DNA of 41,575 nucleotides from Candidatus Moraniibacteriota bacterium (GTDB lineage Bacteria; Patescibacteriota; Minisyncoccia; Moranbacterales; UBA11712): NCBI GenBank assembly GCA_043802865.1, contig JAZDKQ010000018.1, positions 1 to 41,575 of the forward strand, read 5' to 3'. Shown piece by piece: positions 35,865 to 41,575 of this stretch (position 1 is its first letter; each line of letters starts with the position of its first letter). The notes under the pieces were generated by a model. It saw only the letters and a program-made list of their open reading frames with translations, ran no database searches and was not told where the DNA came from. The position numbers and the translations under genes were made by a program.

Positions 35865-38204
35865 ATGAAGCTAGTAATCGTCGAGTCGCCGACCAAGGCC
35901 AAGACCATCTCAAAATTCCTCGGACCGAAATTCAAGGTCATGTCTTCCTACGGCCACATTCGCGATCTTCCGGAAAAGAAAATGGGGATTGATATTGAAA
36001 AAAATTTCAAGCCACAATATATTGTCAATCCAAAATCGGAAGAGAAGGCCGAAATGCTCAAGAAAGCGGCCAAAACCGCGGAAGCGGTGATCCTCGCAAG
36101 CGACGAAGACCGCGAGGGAGAGGCGATTGCATGGCATCTTTCGGAAATTTTGAATCTCGACCCGCGCGAAAAAAACCGGATCGTATTTCACGAAATCACG
36201 AAAAAAGCCATCGAGAAAGCGCTCGACAGCCCGCGCAGCATCAACTTTGATCTGGTGGACGCCCAACAAGGACGCCGGGTTTTGGATCGGTTGGTCGGCT
36301 TCGAACTTTCCCCTTTTCTCTGGGACAAGATCAGGCGCGGACTGTCCGCCGGACGCGTACAATCGATTGCCCTGCGTATAATCGCCGAACGAGAACGCGA
36401 AATCGAAAAATTCAAAAAAGAAGAATTTTGGACGATCGCCGCGGAACTTCGCCCCAAGACCGGATCTTGGGAAAATTCCCAAGATCCGGTCTTGGGAACA
36501 ACTTTTGAAGCCGCGCTCACGCATCAAAACGAGAAAAAAATCGAAGAAGTGATCACGCTCAAACTTTTTGCGGGAGATTACAAGACAAAAAAATCAGTTA
36601 TTGCTGATAAGAAAACAGCCGACGAGATAACAGCAGAACTTGAAAAAGCAAAATACACAGTGAGCGAGATCACAAAAAAAGAAATTCAACGCACTCCCCC
36701 GGCTCCTTTCACGACCTCAACTCTTCAGCAGACGGCCATCAACTCGCTCGGATATTCCGCCAAATTGACAATGATGCTTGCCCAAAAACTTTATGAGCAA
36801 GGGTTCATCACCTATATGCGAACGGACAGCACGAACTTGTCGCTCGAGTCGATGCTCGCCGCAAAAAAAATGATTGGAAAAAAATTCGGCGCCGAATACG
36901 CTCTCGAAAGTCCGCGCTTTTATAAAACCAAATCAAAGGGCGCGCAGGAGGCTCACGAAGCCATCCGTCCGACCAATCCGAGTCAGGCGCCAGATGACCT
37001 CAATAAATTGGATGAAAAACAGCTTCGGATCTATGGCTTGATTTGGCGAAGAATGGTCGCCTCCCAAATGCAACCGTCAGTTCTCAATTCAGTGAAAGTT
37101 TTGATTGATGCAAAGGGTTCATCCCTCACCACTTCCGATAAAAAAAATAAGCAAAATGTAAACGCCTCAAAAATTGATTCTTCCGAAGAAGTGGTGAGGG
37201 ACAAGAAAAACAATTATACTTTCCAGGCCAATGGCTCGACTGTGAAATTTGACGGATATTTGAAAGTGTACGGAGAAAAGATGTCCGTTTCGGAAAATCT
37301 TTTGCCTGATCTCAAAGAGAAAGAAGATTTGGATCTTGAAAAATTGATTCCCACTCAAAAGTTCACCACTCCCCCGCCCCGCTACAACGAAGCGTCGCTT
37401 GTCCGCGTGATGGAAGAATACGGGATCGGCCGGCCTTCAACATACGCACCGACAATCTCGACAATCATCGACCGAAAATACGTCGAAAAGAACGAGGAGA
37501 AAAAACTCGCTCCGATGGAGATCGGGCTTCTCGTGAATGACTTGCTCGTCGAACACTTTCCGAAAATCGTGGATATGAAGTTCACCGCGACGATTGAAGA
37601 AGATTTTGACAAGATCGCTTCCGGCGAAAAGAAATGGGTGCCGGTGATCAAAGAATTCTATGAACCTTTTCACAAAAATCTGGAAAACAAATCCGGCGAG
37701 GTGAAGAAAGAAGATCTCCTTCAAAAACTCGGCCGCCAGTGTCCAAAATGCGGAGGAGATCTCATCATGAAATTCGGCCGGTTTGGAAAATTCATCGCCT
37801 GCATGAAATATCCGGAGTGCAGATATACCGAAAAAACGGCCGAAGAGCAGAAAGAAGAAAACAGTGGCGAAGTTTGCGAAAAATGCGGCGCGCCGATGGT
37901 CGTAAAACGGGGCCGCTTCGGCACGTTTCTTGGCTGTAGCAAATATCCGGAATGCAAAACCATCAAATCGATCGCCAAAAAAACAGGCGTCAAGTGCCCG
38001 AAATGCAAAGAAGGTGACATCCTCGAGCGCAAATCCAAAAAAGGCCGGCTCTTCTTCGGCTGCTCAAAATATCCGGCCTGCGACTTTTCTCTTTGGAACA
38101 AGCCCACTGGCGAAACTTGCCCCAAATGCCAAGGTCTCCGCACTTTCCAGGCCAAAGGAAAAATAAAATGCGGCAACAAAGAGTGCGGATACGAGAAAAT
38201 TTAA
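35865..38204 (+). CDS. topA: DNA topoisomerase I with C-terminal Zn ribbons
   Basis: LVIVESPTKAKTI, DEDREGEAI, SAGRVQS, ITYMRTDS, QEAHEAIRP, GIGRPSTYA. Confidence 0.98.
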   Translation: MKLVIVESPTKAKTISKFLGPKFKVMSSYGHIRDLPEKKMGIDIEKNFKPQYIVNPKSEEKAEMLKKAAKTAEAVILASDEDREGEAIAWHLSEILNLDPREKNRIVFHEITKKAIEKALDSPRSINFDLVDAQQGRRVLDRLVGFELSPFLWDKIRRGLSAGRVQSIALRIIAEREREIEKFKKEEFWTIAAELRPKTGSWENSQDPVLGTTFEAALTHQNEKKIEEVITLKLFAGDYKTKKSVIADKKTADEITAELEKAKYTVSEITKKEIQRTPPAPFTTSTLQQTAINSLGYSAKLTMMLAQKLYEQGFITYMRTDSTNLSLESMLAAKKMIGKKFGAEYALESPRFYKTKSKGAQEAHEAIRPTNPSQAPDDLNKLDEKQLRIYGLIWRRMVASQMQPSVLNSVKVLIDAKGSSLTTSDKKNKQNVNASKIDSSEEVVRDKKNNYTFQANGSTVKFDGYLKVYGEKMSVSENLLPDLKEKEDLDLEKLIPTQKFTTPPPRYNEASLVRVMEEYGIGRPSTYAPTISTIIDRKYVEKNEEKKLAPMEIGLLVNDLLVEHFPKIVDMKFTATIEEDFDKIASGEKKWVPVIKEFYEPFHKNLENKSGEVKKEDLLQKLGRQCPKCGGDLIMKFGRFGKFIACMKYPECRYTEKTAEEQKEENSGEVCEKCGAPMVVKRGRFGTFLGCSKYPECKTIKSIAKKTGVKCPKCKEGDILERKSKKGRLFFGCSKYPACDFSLWNKPTGETCPKCQGLRTFQAKGKIKCGNKECGYEKI
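36453..36496. repeat. 44-bp palindrome inside topA
   Basis: Perfect 21-bp arms CCCAAGACCGGATCTTGGGAA / TTCCCAAGATCCGGTCTTGGG with a 2-nt centre. Confidence 0.9.
37122..37201. repeat. 80-bp MITE-like element with 14-bp terminal inverted repeats inside topA
   Basis: TCCCTCACCACTTC … GAAGTGGTGAGGGA around an A-rich spacer. Confidence 0.8.
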
Positions 38205-38245
38205 AAGATCAAAACAAAAAAAGCGCAAAACCACAGCTTAAAAGC

Positions 38246-38276
38246 AAAAATCCTAAATTAGAACTTTAGGATTTTT
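38246..38276. terminator. Terminator-like hairpin after topA
   Basis: AAAAATCCTAAA-TTAGAAC-TTTAGGATTTTT. Confidence 0.55.
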
Positions 38277-38313
38277 ATTTGCGTATTATATAAAGTGAAT
38301 ATATGCTGTTAAT

Positions 38314-39798
38314 ATGACACTCGACGAACTTTTTGCCAGATATAAGAATCCTTTGAATCAGACGCAGCGAAAATTGGTCGCGGTGGCTTTTGAGTTTGCC
38401 AAAAAAGCTCACGAGGGACAAAAAAGGAAATCGGGCGGGGAATATTTTGAACACAGCATCGAAACCGCCGCGATCCTCGCCGAGATCGGAATGCGCTCCA
38501 AAACAACCGCCGCCGCGCTTCTTCATGATGTCCCCGAAGACACAATTGTGACGCTTGAAGAGATCCGCGCGAAATTTGGCGACGAAATTGCACGCCTCGT
38601 CGACGGCATCACAAAACTTGGAAAATTCAAACTGCGCGGAGACAAGAAGGAGGTCCAGCTCGAAAATCTTCGCAAAATTTTCATGGCGATGACGGAGGAT
38701 ATCCGCGTCGTCCTCATCAAGCTGGCCGACCGCCTGCACAATATGCGCACCCTTGACGCCTTGCCTCCCGAAAAACAGCAGCGCATCGCGCGTGAGACGA
38801 TGGAAATATACGCGCCGATTGCGAACCGCCTCGGAATCGGCGAGATCAAAGGCGAACTCGAAGACTTGTCATTCAAATATCTCGATCCGGAAAATTATAA
38901 GTTGGCGAAAGATCTGATCGACAAAGAGTTCAAGGAACGCACGAAGGATGTTGAGGCCGCCATCCGGGAACTGCGCGAAGAACTTTTGAAGTACAAGATC
39001 AAAGTCTTGGATGTTCACGGACGAGCAAAGCACGTCTATCGCTTTTTTCTAAAACTAAAAAAACACAATATGAACCTTGAGCGGGTCTATGACGTTGTTG
39101 CCGTACGAGTGATCGTCCCTGAAGTTCCCGACTGCTATGAAGCGCTTGGAATCGTACATAAAAGATATCGCCCGCTAATAGGACGAATCAAAGACTATAT
39201 TTCTCTTCCCAAGCCGAACGGATATCGCTCTCTACATACGACCGTTTTTGGTCCGCGGGGCAGAATTTTGGAAATTCAGATCCGCACGCCGCGGATGCAC
39301 ACTGAAGCCGAGTTCGGAATTGCCGCCCACTGGATATATTCATCGGCCAAAACTTGGCGCGACTATTTTCTGCGCCGCTATTCGCCCGAGGAAATTCCCG
39401 AGCAGGAACTGTTTTGGGTGAAGCAACTTCGCGAATGGCAGACGGAAACCGGACAAAACAACGAGAATTTCTTGAAAAGCGTCAAAATTGATTTTTTTCA
39501 AAACCACATTTTTGCTTTCACTCCCAAAGGCGACATCATCAATCTTCCCGAAGGCGCGACGCCGATTGATTTTGCCTACGCCGTTCACAGTGAAATCGGC
39601 GCCCGCACAACAGGAGCAAAAGTGGATGGAAGGCTTGTGGCCCTTGATTTCAAAGTGAGAAACGGCCAAGTCGTGGAGATCATGACCTCGAAAGAAATGA
39701 AATTGCCCAATCAAGACTGGCTGCGCATCGTCAGCACGACATACGCCAAATCCCGCATCCGCCATCAGCTGCGCAAAGCAGGGATAAAGACCCGCTAG
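38314..39798 (+). CDS. RelA/SpoT homologue (HD, synthetase, TGS; no ACT domain)
   Basis: HDVPED, KLADRLHNMRTL, GRAKH, RIKDY, KPNGYRSLHT, EIQIRT, TPIDFAY..H. Confidence 0.95.
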   Translation: MTLDELFARYKNPLNQTQRKLVAVAFEFAKKAHEGQKRKSGGEYFEHSIETAAILAEIGMRSKTTAAALLHDVPEDTIVTLEEIRAKFGDEIARLVDGITKLGKFKLRGDKKEVQLENLRKIFMAMTEDIRVVLIKLADRLHNMRTLDALPPEKQQRIARETMEIYAPIANRLGIGEIKGELEDLSFKYLDPENYKLAKDLIDKEFKERTKDVEAAIRELREELLKYKIKVLDVHGRAKHVYRFFLKLKKHNMNLERVYDVVAVRVIVPEVPDCYEALGIVHKRYRPLIGRIKDYISLPKPNGYRSLHTTVFGPRGRILEIQIRTPRMHTEAEFGIAAHWIYSSAKTWRDYFLRRYSPEEIPEQELFWVKQLREWQTETGQNNENFLKSVKIDFFQNHIFAFTPKGDIINLPEGATPIDFAYAVHSEIGARTTGAKVDGRLVALDFKVRNGQVVEIMTSKEMKLPNQDWLRIVSTTYAKSRIRHQLRKAGIKTR

Positions 39799-39831
39799 TA
39801 TATAGTATTTGGTATCTTGTATTTAGTATTT
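39797..39831. repeat. Degenerate heptamer array (…GTATT units), reverse complement of the 32449 family
   Basis: tagtata tagtatt tggtatc ttgtatt tagtatt. Confidence 0.75.
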
Positions 39832-39838
39832 TTGCTTT

Positions 39839-39942
39839 TGTCATTGCGAGGAGCACAGCAACAAAGCAATCTCGAGCAATTCTGTAAAATACGGGATTGC
39901 TTCGCGGAGTTTATCCAGCCTTGGGATGGGCTTGCAATGACA
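39839..39942. repeat. Palindromic intergenic element TGTCATTGCGAG…AAGCAATCTC…GGGATTGCTT…CTTGCAATGACA
   Basis: Nested inverted repeats read directly; resembles widespread GTCATTGCGAG-type (Rickettsia RPE-like) palindromic elements. Confidence 0.75.
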
Positions 39943-39949
39943 ATATTTT

Positions 39950-40843
39950 CTAAGAAATTTTGCTCAAAATATTTTCAAGTTCTTCCCTTGAATAAAAATC
40001 AATCGAAATTTTTCCGCCGTTGCCGGATTTTTTGATGCTCACTTTTGTGCCAAGACTGGCGGAAATTTTTTCTTCTTCCTCCGCGAAGGGAGAAACTCCA
40101 GCCGGTCCAAGACGCCGCGTGTGAGTCGAAACAGTCACTTCTTTGACTTTGTCTTCAGTTTGGCGGACAGTCAAATTATCCTTTAAAATAAGCTCAAAAA
40201 GTGCCCTCTGCTTTTCCGGATTTTCGATGGCGAGAATGGAACGGGCGTGGCCTTCACTGATCTTCCCCTCGGTGAGCGCGCGCTGAATTTCAATTGGCAA
40301 TCCCAAGAGACGCACTTTGTTCGCAACGGCGCTGCGACTCTTTCCGACTTTGTCCGCCACGTCTTCCTGGGTGAGATCGAATTCTTCGATCAATTTTTTG
40401 TATGCCCGCGCTTCTTCCAAAACATCAAGATCGTGGCGCTGAATATTTTCAACAAGGGCAAGTTCAAGCTTTTCCCGCTCTCCCGATTCAACGCGCACGA
40501 TCACCGGAACCATCTTGAGTCCGGCAAGTTTTGCAGCTTTGAGCCGGCGCTCCCCGGCAATGAGCTCATATTGGTCGGGCGCGATCTTCGCCACAACCAG
40601 CGGCTGAATGACACCGTGCTTTTTGATCGAATCGGCGAGCTCCGCCAGCTCCTTCTCGTCAAAATTGTGCCTCGGCTGCTGGGGGTTCGAGGCAACTTTT
40701 TCGATCGGCACTTCAAGAAAATCATCCTGCAGCGTCCCCGCCTGCGTTTTCACGGGAACTTGCGAAACATTTCTCGCCGGACCATTTTTTTGAGGAATGA
40801 GCGAAGCTAGTCCCCTGCCCAGTCCAAAATTATTGTTTGCCAT
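39950..40843 (-). CDS. parB: ParB/Spo0J partition protein
   Basis: GLGRGL, NPQQPR, LIAGERR, ALVENIQR, HTH region KSRSAVAN. Confidence 0.97.
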   Translation of the reverse strand: MANNNFGLGRGLASLIPQKNGPARNVSQVPVKTQAGTLQDDFLEVPIEKVASNPQQPRHNFDEKELAELADSIKKHGVIQPLVVAKIAPDQYELIAGERRLKAAKLAGLKMVPVIVRVESGEREKLELALVENIQRHDLDVLEEARAYKKLIEEFDLTQEDVADKVGKSRSAVANKVRLLGLPIEIQRALTEGKISEGHARSILAIENPEKQRALFELILKDNLTVRQTEDKVKEVTVSTHTRRLGPAGVSPFAEEEEKISASLGTKVSIKKSGNGGKISIDFYSREELENILSKIS

Positions 40844-40887
40844 ATAAATTAGAAATTAATTTTCAATTTTTATTTTTAACTTTTAAA

Positions 40888-41575
40888 TCACAAATGAAAC
40901 CCGCTTTCGCCTTCTTTTTCCATTCGCAAGACCTCGCTTGCAAGATTTTTGTATGATTTCGCGCCCTTTGAAAAAAGATCGAAATCGAAAATTGATTTTC
41001 CAAAACTCGGCGCTTCAGCCAGGCGGACGCTGCGAGGAATGATCGCGTCGAAAACTTTTCCCGGAAAATGGTCCTTCACTTCGCGGACAACTTGATAGCT
41101 CAATCGATTGCGCCGGTCAAACATGGTCAGAACCGCGCCCATCACTTTGAGATCGGGCTGGAGATTGTCTTTGACGAGATTGATTGTTTCCAAAAGCTGG
41201 CTCAACCCTTCGAGAGCATAATATTCACACTGGACCGGAATCAAAACTTCATCAGACGCCACGAGCCCGTTGATCGTGAGCGGCCCGAGGCTGGGCGGGC
41301 TGTCGATGATGATATAGTCATATTCCGTGCGGATCTGGCGAAGGACGTTGTACAGTCTATATTCCCTGTTCTCAAGATTCACAAGCTCAATCGTCGCTCC
41401 GGCCAAATCCCTGTTCGACGGCAAAAGACTGTGCCCAAAAGTTTGGAGCTTGACGATATGCGGCCCCGGATGCTCTCCAAGAATCATACTATGATAGAGG
41501 CTTTTTTTGAGTGTTCGCGGGTCCACTCCAAGCCCGCTCGTCGCATTGGCCTGCGGATCAAGATCGACGAGAAGC
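40888..41575 (-). CDS. parA: ParA/Soj ATPase, 5' end outside the window
   Basis: The frame stays open to the window end (LLVDLDPQANATSGLG); IIDSPPSLG, PVQCEYYALEG, LAEAPSFG. Confidence 0.96.
   Translation of the reverse strand, partial: LLVDLDPQANATSGLGVDPRTLKKSLYHSMILGEHPGPHIVKLQTFGHSLLPSNRDLAGATIELVNLENREYRLYNVLRQIRTEYDYIIIDSPPSLGPLTINGLVASDEVLIPVQCEYYALEGLSQLLETINLVKDNLQPDLKVMGAVLTMFDRRNRLSYQVVREVKDHFPGKVFDAIIPRSVRLAEAPSFGKSIFDFDLFSKGAKSYKNLASEVLRMEKEGESGFHL

Noticed and set aside
1-41575. Alternative genetic code (UGA=Gly, as in Gracilibacteria/Absconditabacteria)
   Set aside because: Conserved genes are full length under the standard code and several end at TGA (e.g. nrdD, parA).

Overview
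Chromosomal window from a bacterium using the standard genetic code. It is most likely Patescibacteria/CPR (Parcubacteria-like), inferred from gene order, split comEC and a C-terminally short RelA/SpoT. The housekeeping backbone runs capA-like, comEC (2 genes), DUF167, an ApbE/ferric-reductase module, nrdG-nrdD-nrdR, then ftsZ-ftsA-dgkA-ybeY-yqeY-rpsU-HIT-hisS-lepB, LCP, pth, typA, dprA-topA-relA and parB-parA. Between nrdR and ftsZ sits a visibly AT-richer ~14 kb accessory block (about 8.8-22.8 kb), the best candidate for an undescribed system. It encodes a YcaO ending in HPFP, a cupin and a SagB-like dehydrogenase. Divergent from these are a 73-aa membrane-anchored, precursor-like peptide (…AKA|DSPDLPIGCSY) and three membrane-anchored helical/TPR proteins, one with an apparently inactive C39-like domain and one with a 31-Cys tail. 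Convergent on them are an unusual radical SAM/SPASM protein, a CDP-polyol phosphotransferase-GT2 fusion, an arylsulfotransferase and an IspD/TarI cytidylyltransferase. Other signals: an unidentified structured-RNA candidate with its own promoter between typA and dprA, two palindromic elements inside the topA reading frame, a perfect heptamer repeat inside nrdG, heptamer arrays at gene junctions, paired DnaA boxes, and many apparently leaderless genes. All calls are from motif reading only; no searches were run.
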